Assembly (NCBI GenBank): GCA_964595905.1
Contig: CAZQSU010000004.1
Coordinates: 179 to 64,178, forward strand
Length of the DNA: 64,000 bases
Source of the DNA: an uncultured Iamiaceae bacterium
GTDB lineage: Bacteria; Actinomycetota; Acidimicrobiia; Acidimicrobiales; Iamiaceae
Direction of reading: 5' to 3'
The stretch's first letter is position 1. Every line of letters begins with the position of its first letter. Positions 1-9,228 of the stretch are shown in pieces. The translations under genes and the position numbers were made by a program. Under the pieces are notes generated by a model. The model saw only the letters and a program-made list of their open reading frames with translations. It searched no databases and was not told where the DNA came from.

Positions 1-887
1 TCCAGACTCATCCTACGTACAACTCTGGTTTGCTCGGCGGCGGTCCAGTCGATCGCCGCCCACCCGCCAAGCGTTGGCGGGTCGATGACGTGGTCGGCAC
101 TCCGGACCAGCTCCGGGTCGCCGTCGGCCACCGCACAGGCGATCGCCGCCCCGGCGAGCAACTCCCGGTCGTTGTACCCGTCGCCTACGGCCAGTACCCG
201 ATCGAATGCGATGCCGTGGCGTGCGCAGTACGCTTCGACGCCGGACCATTTGTTGACGCCCGGGGGTCGGATCGCCACGGCGTGGCCGCCGTACTGACTA
301 TCAGGACCGGAAATGAGTTCCACTCCGTCGGGCATTGCCGTGGCGCAGCGCTCGGGCACGCCGTCGGCCTGGCCGCACAGCCCGAATCCCAGTATCCGTT
401 CTTGGATGACGGTCCGGCGCAGATCCTCACGACGGGTCCATGTCCGGATGAACCTGGCGTGGTCCGGGTGAGTGGAAGGCGCATGGCCGATCACGCCGTC
501 GCGATCATCGGCCGCGACTATGTCAACGACCGGCTCGATCCCGACCGAGAGCAGCGCTTCCAACACCGCGACCGCAATTGCCGTGTCGAACCCAGCGCAG
601 TGGAAGTCGTCGTTCGTCGTAAGATCTCGTCCGAGAGCCCCGTCGATACAAACCGCGGGCATCATCAGACCATTGGCGGCCAGGACTTTCCTGATCGATG
701 CCGGCCGTCGGCCCGAGGCGGCGAGCACGTGGACGCCCGCTGCCTGGAGTCGCCGCACCGCGGCGCCGGTTCGGGGATGCACGACATTCGCCCGATCCCA
801 CAGCGTGCCGTCGAGATCGGTCACCACCAGATCGACCGAACCCGGCTCGACAAGCGTCGCCGGCGCCGATGCCGTCCCTGCCGTCAC
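1..887 (-). CDS. HAD-superfamily (Cof-type) hydrolase, C-terminus cut by window edge
   Basis: Absent from the ORF track because it has no in-window stop. The reverse-strand frame reads ...PATLVEPGSVDLVVTDLDGTLWDRANVV (HAD motif I, DxDGT). Near the edge it reads LAVGDGYNDRELLAGA (motif IV, GDGxND). There is no ATG; GTG at 887 (or 905) is the candidate start. The + ORF segment 30..1043 is its mirror image. Confidence 0.7.
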   Translation of the reverse strand, partial: MTAGTASAPATLVEPGSVDLVVTDLDGTLWDRANVVHPRTGAAVRRLQAAGVHVLAASGRRPASIRKVLAANGLMMPAVCIDGALGRDLTTNDDFHCAGFDTAIAVAVLEALLSVGIEPVVDIVAADDRDGVIGHAPSTHPDHARFIRTWTRREDLRRTVIQERILGFGLCGQADGVPERCATAMPDGVELISGPDSQYGGHAVAIRPPGVNKWSGVEAYCARHGIAFDRVLAVGDGYNDRELLAGAAIACAVADGDPELVRSADHVIDPPTLGGWAAIDWTAAEQTRVVRRMSL

Positions 888-1043
888 CGCAGCGAGCCTA
901 CCCACCGCCGACGGGCCGCGCGATCAGGTCACATCGGTTTCGGCCCGCGGCCGTCCTTTTCGGAACTGCGCCTGGCGAACACACCAGCAGTGTTCGTCGA
1001 TCGGACGCACCTGTCGGTGCACCCTCTGAGCGGTACCCTTGCG

Positions 1044-2975
1044 ATGATGCCCTCCGACGAGTTGCGTGACCTGTCGGATGCGGCGCGCGACACGGTCGCC
1101 TCGCTCGATGCGCTCACCGCCGACCTGGAGGGTGGCGAGCACCGAGCCTCGCAACGCACCATGGCCGCCGCTGTCGCCGACGCACTGGACCGCGACCGGC
1201 ATCTCGTCGTCGAGGCCGGAACCGGTACCGGCAAGTCGCTCGCGTACCTGGCGGCGGCGGTGCGTTCGGGCCGCCGCGTGGTCGTGGCGACCGCCACCAA
1301 GGCACTCCAGGACCAGCTCTCGGGCAAGGACCTGCCCTGGCTCGTCGACCACGACGACACCCCGTTCGACTTCGCGGTGCTCAAGGGGCGATCGAACTAC
1401 GTGTGCCGCCAGCGTCTCGCCGAACTGAACGAGGGTGCCGACAAGGGCCAGGCCCAACTGGAGGGGCTCGGGGGCCGACCCTCTCCGGCCGAGTTGGCGG
1501 CGCTCACCTCCTGGGCCGAGACGTCGGTCACCGGGGACCGTGCCGAGCTCGACACCGAACCCGACCCGCGGACCTGGGCGGCGGTGTCGATGACCGCACA
1601 GGAGTGTCCGGGCGCGTCGAAGTGCCCGCTGGGGGCGACGTGCTTCGCCGAGGCCGCTCGGGCACGGGCCGCCGACGCCGACGTGGTGGTGGTCAATCAG
1701 CACCTGTGGGGCCTCGACCTCGCGAACGACCGGCAGCTCCTGCCCGAACACGACGTGGTCGTGATCGACGAGGCCCACCAGCTCGTCGACGTGATCTCGG
1801 CGACCGCCGGCATCGAGTTGACCGAGGCACGACTCACCGCGGTGACCGCGGCGGCCAAGGCGGTGCTCGAGGAGCCCGACGCGCTCGCCGCGCTCGACAA
1901 CGTCGCAGCCGACTGGAAGAGCGCCCTGACACCGCTGGTGGGTGAGCGCCTCGCCCACGGCCCCACCGGCGCGGTCGCGGACCTCGTCGCACTCGCCACG
2001 ACACGCTCGGAGGCGGTCCTCTCGCTCGTCCGCGGGATCGACCCCGGCGATCTCCTGCAAGTCGCCACCCGCAGGGACCGGGCGGTGAACCTCGCGTCGT
2101 CACTGATCGACGACCTGCACCTGATCGTCGGTGAACCCGAGGGCGCGGTGGTGTGGGTGGCGGGTCCGCCGACCCGACCGGCGCTCTGCCGGGCACCGAT
2201 CGACGTGGCCGGCTTTCTCTCCGACCACGCCTGGGGCGACACGATCGCCGTGTGCACCAGCGCCACGATCCCGCCGCTGTTCGTCGCTTCGGTCGGCCTG
2301 CCTGCCGAGACCAGCGACGAGCTGCGTCTGGCGAGCGCATTCGATTACGCGGCGAACACCGTGTTGTACTGCCGGCCGTCGCTGCCCGCACCCGGCGCCG
2401 CCGGCTACACCGAGGCGCTGCACGACGAACTCGAGGCCCTGATCACCGCGGCCGGCGGCGCGACCCTGGCGTTGTTCACGAGTTTCCGGGCGCTCGACGA
2501 CGCCGTCGAGGAGCTGCGCGACCGGCTCGACGTGCCGATCCTCAGCCAGCGCGACCGGCCCAAACCGGCGCTCGTCGCCGAGTTCACCGGCGACCGGTCG
2601 ACGTGTCTGTTCGCCACCCAGAGCTTCTTCCAGGGTGTCGACGTGCCCGGCGACGCGTGCCAACTCGTCACGATCGACCGCATCCCGTTCCCGCGCCCCG
2701 ACGACCCGTTGCTCTCGGCACGACGTGAGGCCGTCGGCCCGAAGGCGTTCGCGGAGATCGACGTGCCCCGCGCCGCGACGCTGCTCGCGCAGGCGGCAGG
2801 GCGGCTCGTCAGGCGATCCGACGACCGAGGCGTCGTCGCCGTGCTCGACTCCCGTCTCGCGACCCGGCGCAGCTACCGCTGGAACCTGATCAACGCGCTG
2901 CCACCGATGCGTCGGACCCGTGACCGTACCGAAGTCGAGGCGTTCCTCACCGAGATCCGCTCCACCAGTCTCTGA
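1044..2975 (+). CDS. dinG: DinG-family ATP-dependent DNA helicase (Fe-S, XPD-like)
   Basis: C-terminal 643 aa of ORF 30..2975, starting at ATG 1044 (MMPSDELRDL...). Walker A is EAGTGTGKSLAYL and the DEAH box is VVIDEAHQL. A Cys cluster (CRQR..., QECPGASKCPLGATC) is typical of the DinG/XPD Fe-S domain. Confidence 0.8.
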   Translation: MMPSDELRDLSDAARDTVASLDALTADLEGGEHRASQRTMAAAVADALDRDRHLVVEAGTGTGKSLAYLAAAVRSGRRVVVATATKALQDQLSGKDLPWLVDHDDTPFDFAVLKGRSNYVCRQRLAELNEGADKGQAQLEGLGGRPSPAELAALTSWAETSVTGDRAELDTEPDPRTWAAVSMTAQECPGASKCPLGATCFAEAARARAADADVVVVNQHLWGLDLANDRQLLPEHDVVVIDEAHQLVDVISATAGIELTEARLTAVTAAAKAVLEEPDALAALDNVAADWKSALTPLVGERLAHGPTGAVADLVALATTRSEAVLSLVRGIDPGDLLQVATRRDRAVNLASSLIDDLHLIVGEPEGAVVWVAGPPTRPALCRAPIDVAGFLSDHAWGDTIAVCTSATIPPLFVASVGLPAETSDELRLASAFDYAANTVLYCRPSLPAPGAAGYTEALHDELEALITAAGGATLALFTSFRALDDAVEELRDRLDVPILSQRDRPKPALVAEFTGDRSTCLFATQSFFQGVDVPGDACQLVTIDRIPFPRPDDPLLSARREAVGPKAFAEIDVPRAATLLAQAAGRLVRRSDDRGVVAVLDSRLATRRSYRWNLINALPPMRRTRDRTEVEAFLTEIRSTSL

Positions 2976-3113
2976 ACTGCCGCCGACGTCGGCTGGTCGG
3001 TGACCGTGCCCGGCACCCGGTATCGCTCCATCTCGAGGTGAGAGCAGTGAGAAGGGCGGCGGGCCGCAAAGGTGCCCGCCGTGCGACCGAGTCGCGCGTC
3101 GGCCGCACGCAAT

Positions 3114-3133
3114 ATGATGTAGCATTACATCAT
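3114..3133 (+). promoter_or_regulatory. Inverted repeat ATGATGTA-GCAT-TACATCAT overlapping the vapB start; candidate VapB operator and leaderless-type promoter
   Basis: Perfect 8-bp arms (3114-3121 and 3126-3133) form an AT-rich island in GC-rich DNA. TAGCAT (3120-3125) is a TANNNT -10-like hexamer 6 nt before the ATG at 3132. RHH antitoxins usually autoregulate through such repeats. Confidence 0.4.
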
Positions 3134-3383
3134 GCAACGGACGCAGATCTCCCTGTCCGCCGATGAGCGGAGCCTCCTGGATGCAGAGGCCGAACGGACG
3201 GGACGTTCGATCGCATCGTTGATCCGTGAAGCGGTCCAGACCGTCTACGGTCCCGGCCGAGCGGTGGACGACGATCTCGCGGTCCTTCAGGAAACTGCCG
3301 GCGCGTGGACGGGCGAAGGTCGCGACGGCGCGGAGTTCGTCGAATCGCTCCGCTCCGGTTCACGCCTCCGACACGTGGAGTGA
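3132..3383 (+). CDS. vapB: Ribbon-helix-helix (CopG/VapB-type) antitoxin
   Basis: 83 aa. The N-terminus MQRTQISLSADERSLLDAEAERTGRSIASLIREAV is a typical RHH beta-strand plus two helices. Its stop overlaps the start of the PIN gene (GTGA). Confidence 0.75.
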   Translation: MQRTQISLSADERSLLDAEAERTGRSIASLIREAVQTVYGPGRAVDDDLAVLQETAGAWTGEGRDGAEFVESLRSGSRLRHVE

Positions 3384-3757
3384 CCGCATTGGTCGACACA
3401 TCGGTGCTGATCGATCATCTTCGTGGCAACGTCGAGGCGAAGGCGGTGCTCGAGTACGAGCGGCGGCTCGCTCCCCTTCATGCCAGCGAGATCACCCGAC
3501 TCGAGGTGCTAGCCGGGATGCGCCCAAATGAGGAGAAGGCGACACGCCGACTGCTGGCGACGATCCGATGGCATCCGGTGAATGATCACATTGCCGAGAA
3601 GGCGGGCGAGCTCGGCCGACGCTGGCTGCCGAGCCACCACACGATCGATGCCGCAGACCTGGCCATCGGCGCGACGGCACTCGTGCTCGACGCGCGTCTG
3701 CTCACCCGCAACGTCCGCCACTTCCCGATGTTCCCGGACCTCGCCGCGCCCTACTGA
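3380..3757 (+). CDS. vapC: PIN-domain ribonuclease toxin (VapC family)
   Basis: GTG at 3380 overlaps the vapB TGA (3381-3383). VTALVDTSVLIDHL carries the first acidic residue, ASEITRLEV a Glu, and IDAADLAIGATA an Asp. The C-terminus is LLTRNVRHF. The 5' part of track ORF 3305..3757 overlaps vapB and is unlikely to be translated. Confidence 0.75.
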   Translation: MTALVDTSVLIDHLRGNVEAKAVLEYERRLAPLHASEITRLEVLAGMRPNEEKATRRLLATIRWHPVNDHIAEKAGELGRRWLPSHHTIDAADLAIGATALVLDARLLTRNVRHFPMFPDLAAPY

Positions 3758-3780
3758 GCGGCCCGTGTTCAACGGGCCGC
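3758..3780 (+). terminator. GC-only stem-loop immediately after the vapC stop (possible terminator between convergent genes)
   Basis: GCGGCCCG-TGTTCAA-CGGGCCGC gives a perfect 8-bp stem and a 7-nt loop, starting 1 nt after TGA 3755-3757. No U tract follows. A second hairpin, CTCCCGC/GCGGGAG, lies at 3814-3833. Confidence 0.3.
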
Positions 3781-3941
3781 CCGTCCGCAGATGTGGGCAT
3801 TCTTTGAACAGTTCTCCCGCCCCGACGCGGGAGAGCCCGGTCCCCGGTTCGTCGACCGTCTTCGCCCCCAAATGCGTGGGTGTGCCAACACCGCGAGAAA
3901 AGCGGGTCCATTCGCACCATCCGCCCCGACATTCGTCTTTG

Positions 3942-6461
3942 TCAGTCGTGGGTGAGGGCGGTGACGGTGACCATGGCCCGACCCTCGGCGTCGGAGGCGT
4001 CCAGGTCGACGGTGGCACAGATCGCCCAGGCGTGGTCGCCGTCGGGGTCGTCGATGATCTGGCGCACCGACCAGGTCCGGCCCTGCTCTTCGATCAGACA
4101 CAGCGCCGGACTCCGGGCGTCGCCACCGATCTCGACCCGGTCGTAGGAGGCGAAGTACTCCTCGGCGGCCGACTCCCAACGCGTGGCGCTCCACCCTGCG
4201 TCGCCGTCGAGCTCGCCCAACGCGGCGTAGTCGCGTCGGGCCAGCAACTCGACCCGCAGGAACAGCGCGTTGCGGACCAGCACCGTGAACGCCCGGTGGT
4301 TCGCGGTCACCGGTGGTGGCGGCGCATCTGGAGGCGGCCCGGCCTCGGCGATGGTCTCGGGATGCTGGAGGCGTTCCCACTCGTCGATCAGGCTCGAGTC
4401 GACCTGGCGCACCAGCTCGCCCAGCCAGGCGATCAGGTCCGCGAGCTCGTCGTTCCACCGTTCGTCGGGGATCGTGCGCGACAGCGTCCGGTACGCATCC
4501 GACAGATACCGAAGCAGCACCCCTTCGGAGCGGGCGATCGCATGGAAGCGCACGTAGTCGGCGAAGTCCATGGAGCGTTCGAACATGTCACGCACGACCG
4601 ATTTCGGGCGCAACTCGTGATCGGCCGCCCAGGGTTCCGAACGGCAGTACACCTGGAACATCGGCTCCAGCAGTTCGGCCAGCGGCCGCGGCCAGGTGAC
4701 GGTGTCGAGCTCGGCCATGCGTTCGTCGTAGCCCAATCCTTCGGCCTTCATCCGCGCGATCGCCTCGGACCTGGCGCGCTTGAGCTGCGACATCACCACC
4801 GGGCGCGGGTTCTCGAGCACGGCCTCGGCGATCGAGACGACGTCGAGCGCGTAGTCGGGATCCTCGGGGTCCAACAGGTCGAGCGCCGCGACCGCGAACA
4901 GCGACAGCGGCTGGTCGAGTGCGAAGGTGTCCTGGACCTCGTGCGCGAGATGGTAACGGTGACCGTCGGCGTCGGGCGGCACCTGCGGGATGAGGATCTC
5001 CGCGTCGATCAACGACGCCTTGACGTCTTCGGCACGAGCCAGGTTCTCGGCGACCTCCGAACGGCGTGAATAGGGACTCTCGAGCAGCCGGGTGAGCTGG
5101 GCGTCGGCGTCGCCGGGGCGCTCCAGCACCGACAGCACCATGGCGTGGGTGACCCGCAGGTGCCCCTCCAACGGTTCGGGGTAGGCGTACACCAGTCGTT
5201 CGAAGGTGGGTTTGCCCCACGACACCGTCCCCGGCGGAGGTTTGCGCGACCGCACGTTCTTGGGGTTCTTGCCCTTGGCGATCGCTTTGGCCTCGGCCTT
5301 GGCTTTCTCCACGGTGTGTTCGGGCGCGAGCGCGATGACCGTGCCGACCGAGTCGTAGCCGGCCCGCCCGGCCCGACCGCCGATCTGGTGGAACTCCCGG
5401 GCCGTCAACAGCCGGGTCTTCTCGCCGTCGTACTTGGAGAGCGCGGTGAGTACCACCGTGCGGATCGGCACGTTGATGCCCACCCCGAGCGTGTCGGTGC
5501 CACAGATCACCTTCAGCAGGCCGCGCTGCGCGAGCCGTTCCACCAGGCGCCGGTAGCGGGGCAGCATGCCGGCGTGGTGCACCCCGATGCCGTTGCGCAC
5601 GTACCGCGACAGTGTCCGGCCGAACCCGGCGGCGAAACGGAAGTCGCCGATCTCATCCGCGATCGCGTCCTTGGTGGCACGGTCCGCCACGGCCATCGAC
5701 GCCAACGCCTGGGCGCGCTCGATCGCTCCCGCCTGGGTGAAGTGCACCAGGTAGGCCGGCGTCCCGCCGCCGGCGAGCAGCTCGGCGACGGTGTCGGTGA
5801 CGGTTTCGACCCGGTAGTCGTGCACCAGCGGCACGGGCCGGGTGGCCGAGACGACGTGGGCGACCTCACGGCCGGTGCGGGCGGTGAGGTCGTCGACGAA
5901 TGGGGTGACGTCACCGAGCGTCGCCGACAACAGCACGAAGCGGGTGTCGACCAGCTCCAGCAGCGGCACCTGCCACGCCCAGCCGCGCTGGGGATCGGCG
6001 AACCAGTGGAACTCGTCCATCACGGCGCTGGTGACCGCCGCGTCACGGCCGTCGCGCAACGCCAGGTTCGCGAGGATCTCGGCGGTGCAACAGATCACCG
6101 GCGCGTCCGCATTCACCGCGGCGTCGCCGGTGAGCATGCCGATGTGTTCGGCGCCGAACTCGGCGACGAGTTCGAAGAAGCGCTCCGACACCAGCGCCTT
6201 GATCGGCGCGGTGTAGTACGCGCGGCCGCCGTGGGCGACCGCGTCGAACAACGTGGCGGTGGCGATCAGCGACTTGCCCGAGCCGGTCGGGGTGTTCACG
6301 ATCACGTGCGACCCGAGCGCGATCTCGAGCAACGCCTCGACCTGCGCGTCGTACAGATCGTGGCCGCGGGTGGTGCGCACCCAGTCGGTGAACACCTCGA
6401 CGACGGCGTCGGGGTCACCGTTGCACGACTCGGCCAGCTCCGTGAGGTTCTCGGCGCTCAC
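3942..6461 (-). CDS. DEAD/DEAH-box superfamily-2 helicase (Ski2-like, large C-terminal DUF3516-type region)
   Basis: 839 aa. Motif I is NTPTGSGKS, motif II is MDEFHW and motif III is LLSATL. A helicase C-domain (GIGVHHAGMLP...VICGTDTLGVGINVP) is followed by a long C-terminal extension. Confidence 0.8.
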   Translation of the reverse strand: MSAENLTELAESCNGDPDAVVEVFTDWVRTTRGHDLYDAQVEALLEIALGSHVIVNTPTGSGKSLIATATLFDAVAHGGRAYYTAPIKALVSERFFELVAEFGAEHIGMLTGDAAVNADAPVICCTAEILANLALRDGRDAAVTSAVMDEFHWFADPQRGWAWQVPLLELVDTRFVLLSATLGDVTPFVDDLTARTGREVAHVVSATRPVPLVHDYRVETVTDTVAELLAGGGTPAYLVHFTQAGAIERAQALASMAVADRATKDAIADEIGDFRFAAGFGRTLSRYVRNGIGVHHAGMLPRYRRLVERLAQRGLLKVICGTDTLGVGINVPIRTVVLTALSKYDGEKTRLLTAREFHQIGGRAGRAGYDSVGTVIALAPEHTVEKAKAEAKAIAKGKNPKNVRSRKPPPGTVSWGKPTFERLVYAYPEPLEGHLRVTHAMVLSVLERPGDADAQLTRLLESPYSRRSEVAENLARAEDVKASLIDAEILIPQVPPDADGHRYHLAHEVQDTFALDQPLSLFAVAALDLLDPEDPDYALDVVSIAEAVLENPRPVVMSQLKRARSEAIARMKAEGLGYDERMAELDTVTWPRPLAELLEPMFQVYCRSEPWAADHELRPKSVVRDMFERSMDFADYVRFHAIARSEGVLLRYLSDAYRTLSRTIPDERWNDELADLIAWLGELVRQVDSSLIDEWERLQHPETIAEAGPPPDAPPPPVTANHRAFTVLVRNALFLRVELLARRDYAALGELDGDAGWSATRWESAAEEYFASYDRVEIGGDARSPALCLIEEQGRTWSVRQIIDDPDGDHAWAICATVDLDASDAEGRAMVTVTALTHD

Positions 6462-6465
6462 GCCC

Positions 6466-7326
6466 CTACAGGCCCAGCCGGTCGAAACGTTCCGGGTGGC
6501 GCTGCCAGTTCTTGTCGACCTTGACGAACAACTCCAGGTAGGTCCCCTCGTCGAGTTGCGCCCGGGCCCGCTTGCCCACTTCGGCGAGCACCGAGCCGCC
6601 GTGGCCGATCACGATCCCCTTCTGCGACTCGCGTTCCACCAGGATCTCGCAGCGGATGCGCTTGCCTTCCCATTCGGTGACCCGGGTCGCCACCGAATGG
6701 GGCACCTCGTCGCGCAGCACTCCGAGCAGTTGCTCGCGCACCAGTTCGGCCACCCACGTCGCCTCCGGGGTGTCGGTGACGAGTTCACGGGGATAGTACG
6801 GCGGGCCTTCGGGCATCCGCCCGGCGAGTTCGTCGACCAGCGCGTCGACCCCGTCGCCGGTGCGGGCCGAAACCGGAAAGTACGCGGCGGCCTCCAGGGT
6901 CCCGGCGGCGTCGAGCTGGGCGGCGATCCGGCCCCGGTCGGCGATGTCGCACTTGTTGACCACGACGATCGCGTCACCGGGGAGCTGCGCGGCCACGAAC
7001 CGGTCGCCGCGGCCCAGCGGTTTGGTGGCGTCGATCACCAGACACGCCACGTCGACGTCGGCGATCTCGGCGGTCGCGGTGGCGTTCAGGTGCTCGCCCA
7101 GCGGGGTGCGGGGTTTGTGGATGCCCGGCGTGTCGACGAACACGATCTGGGTGTCGTCACCGGTCACGGCGTCGGGAGCGTCGAGGTGCAACACCCCGCG
7201 CACCGCGTGCCGGGTGGTCTGGGCCTTGTCGGAGGTGATCGACGCCTTGGTACCCAGGATCTGGTTCAACAGGGTCGACTTGCCGACGTTCGGACGCCCG
7301 ACGAGCGTGACGAAGCCGCTTCTCAC
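6466..7326 (-). CDS. era: GTPase Era
   Basis: G1 is GRPNVGKSTLLN, G3 is VDTPG and G4 is NKCD. The C-terminus is KH-like. The GTG start overlaps the upstream stop (GTGA at 7323-7326). Confidence 0.9.
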   Translation of the reverse strand: MRSGFVTLVGRPNVGKSTLLNQILGTKASITSDKAQTTRHAVRGVLHLDAPDAVTGDDTQIVFVDTPGIHKPRTPLGEHLNATATAEIADVDVACLVIDATKPLGRGDRFVAAQLPGDAIVVVNKCDIADRGRIAAQLDAAGTLEAAAYFPVSARTGDGVDALVDELAGRMPEGPPYYPRELVTDTPEATWVAELVREQLLGVLRDEVPHSVATRVTEWEGKRIRCEILVERESQKGIVIGHGGSVLAEVGKRARAQLDEGTYLELFVKVDKNWQRHPERFDRLGL

Positions 7327-8663
7327 CTCGAGTTTTCCTTGGCGGTCCCCCGCGACTCCGCGCCCGGGTCGCCGCCGGTGACCGCGGCGTCCGCGGCGAC
7401 GATCTCCCTGGCCTCGATCCGGACCCGGGCGATCCGGCGACCCTGCATCCGTTCCACGCGGAGTTCGTAGCCGGGCACCTGCACGATCTCACCGCCGACG
7501 GGCACGCGTCCCAGCCGGGTGAAGATCAGCCCGCCGACCGAATTCCAGTCGCCTTCGGGAAGGTCACCGTCGAGCACGTCGTTCGCATCGTCGATCGACA
7601 GGCGACCGTCCACGCGCAGGATCCCGCCCGGCAGCGGTTCGACGAGGGGGTCCTCGACGTCGAACTCGTCGACGATCTCACCGACGAGCTCCTCGATGAG
7701 ATCCTCCAGGGTCACCAGACCGGCCGTGGAGCCGTACTCGTCGACGACGATCGCCATGTGGAACTTGTCGCGCTGCATCTCGGGCAGCAACACCGCCACC
7801 CGCTTCGACTCGGGCACGAAGTTCGCCCGGCGCACGATGTCGGCCACCGGCGTGTCGGATCGCCCGTTGCGCTCGGCGCGCATGAGATCACGGGCGTAGA
7901 GGATCCCGATGACGTCGTCGACGTCGACCCGGTGCACCGGGATCCGGCTGTAGCCGTTCAACAGGATGATCTCCATCGCGTCGCCGACCCGTGTCGACGC
8001 CTCGATGGTGATCATGTCGGGGCGGGGCACCATCACCTCGCGGGTGACGGTGTCACCGAACTCGATGACCCGGGCGATATAGGCCCGTTCGTCGTCCTCG
8101 ATCACGTCGTGCTGGGCGGCCTCGTCGGCCATGGCCAGCAGCTCTTCCTCTGACACGAACGGTCCCTGCTCGAGCCCCTTGCCCGGCAGCAGCACGTGGG
8201 TGATCCCGAGGCGCGCCCGGGCGACGCTCCGGTGGGGCCAGACCCGGGTCAACGCCCAGCGCGGGCCGGCGCTGCGCAGCGCCGCCTCGTCGGTGTGCTG
8301 GACCGCCCAGGTCTTCGGCGCGGCCTCGGACAGCACGAACACCAGCGCGACGTTGATGACGAGCGCGACGATCACGCCGGCCGCGCCGAAGAGGCGTTCG
8401 GCCTCGATCGTGATCAGGGCCGTCTGCACCGTCTGGCAGATCAGCACGACGAGCAGCAACGAGTTCAGGAACGACGCGGGATCCTCGACGAGCGTTCGGA
8501 GCCGCTTCGCGCCGCGACGCCCGGACTCGTCGTGCGCGATCGCCCGATTGCGGTTCATGCGGGTGAGTGAGGTCTCGGCGAGCGCGAGGAACGCCTGGAT
8601 CGCCAGCAACACGATGATCACGGCGATGATCAGGACGTCCATGCTCGAGGTTGCGGCGAACAT
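7323..8663 (-). CDS. Hemolysin-family / CorC-type membrane protein (DUF21 + CBS pair + CorC_HlyC)
   Basis: Taken from the internal ATG at 8663 (MFAATSSMDVLIIAVII...), which overlaps the ybeY stop (ATGA). It has TM helices, then CBS-pair sequence and a CorC_HlyC-like C-terminus. The Arg-rich 36 aa upstream in the track ORF lie inside ybeY. Confidence 0.8.
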   Translation of the reverse strand: MFAATSSMDVLIIAVIIVLLAIQAFLALAETSLTRMNRNRAIAHDESGRRGAKRLRTLVEDPASFLNSLLLVVLICQTVQTALITIEAERLFGAAGVIVALVINVALVFVLSEAAPKTWAVQHTDEAALRSAGPRWALTRVWPHRSVARARLGITHVLLPGKGLEQGPFVSEEELLAMADEAAQHDVIEDDERAYIARVIEFGDTVTREVMVPRPDMITIEASTRVGDAMEIILLNGYSRIPVHRVDVDDVIGILYARDLMRAERNGRSDTPVADIVRRANFVPESKRVAVLLPEMQRDKFHMAIVVDEYGSTAGLVTLEDLIEELVGEIVDEFDVEDPLVEPLPGGILRVDGRLSIDDANDVLDGDLPEGDWNSVGGLIFTRLGRVPVGGEIVQVPGYELRVERMQGRRIARVRIEAREIVAADAAVTGGDPGAESRGTAKENSR

Positions 8664-9220
8664 CACGACGGGATCTCCGTTCCGGCGGCCACCGGTCGGT
8701 GGACGCGTGCGAGGATCCGGGCCTCCTCGGCGCGCATCGCCACGGCGTCGTCGACGGTGGCGTGGTCCCACCCCAGCACGTGCAGGACGCCGTGCACCCC
8801 CAGCAACGCCAGTTCGTCGGCGAAGGTGCCGGCATGGTCGGGCGCATTCGCGGCGGCGACCTCGACGCAGATGACGATGTCGCCGAGCAGGCGTGGCGCT
8901 CCCACGGGCGTCGGGTCGCCGAAGTCCGATCCGCCCGGCGCCTCCAGGGGGAACGACAGCACGTCGGTGGGTCCGACGCCACCCAGATGCTCCTCGTTGA
9001 GTCGGGTGATCGTTCCCACGTCCACGAGCGTCACCGCCACCTCGGCCGGAGGCGTCACTCCCGACGCGTCGAGCGCGCCCTCGACGAGACGCGCGAAGGC
9101 GTCGAGATCGACGGGGGGAACGCTATCGGGAGGGCGATCGTCGGTGACGACCGCCTGGAACCTTTCGTCGGGCCGCCCCCCGGACCCGGGGGGAGGAGGG
9201 ACCGTCGCCGAGGAGGTCAT
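8663..9220 (-). CDS. ybeY: rRNA maturation endoribonuclease YbeY
   Basis: Starts at ATG 9220 (MTSSATV...). The metal motif HGVLHVLGWDH (HxxxHxxGxDH) is present. The gene sits in the conserved phoH-ybeY-CBS-era order. Confidence 0.85.
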   Translation of the reverse strand: MTSSATVPPPPGSGGRPDERFQAVVTDDRPPDSVPPVDLDAFARLVEGALDASGVTPPAEVAVTLVDVGTITRLNEEHLGGVGPTDVLSFPLEAPGGSDFGDPTPVGAPRLLGDIVICVEVAAANAPDHAGTFADELALLGVHGVLHVLGWDHATVDDAVAMRAEEARILARVHRPVAAGTEIPS

Positions 9221-9228
9221 CGTCGCCT

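Noticed and set aside
30-1043. N-terminal 338 aa of track ORF 30..2975, which would make DinG 981 aa
   Set aside because: This segment is the antisense image of the HAD hydrolase gene on the minus strand. Helicase homology starts only at ATG 1044.
3057-3081. Hairpin CGGCGGGC-N9-GCCCGCCG downstream of dinG as a terminator
   Set aside because: The stem is real, but it lies 80 nt after the stop, lacks a U tract, and such GC stems arise easily in 70% GC DNA. That is too weak to call.
924-3137. Minus-strand ORFs 924..2060 and 2100..3137 (378 and 345 aa)
   Set aside because: They are antisense to dinG, have low-complexity Arg/Gly-rich translations, and show no motifs.
1044-6461. DinG helicase + VapBC + SF2 helicase as a defence island
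   Set aside because: Both helicases look like conserved housekeeping types in a core context. The locus has no nuclease, methylase or other defence partners, no mobile-element genes and no compositional shift. Only vapBC is accessory.
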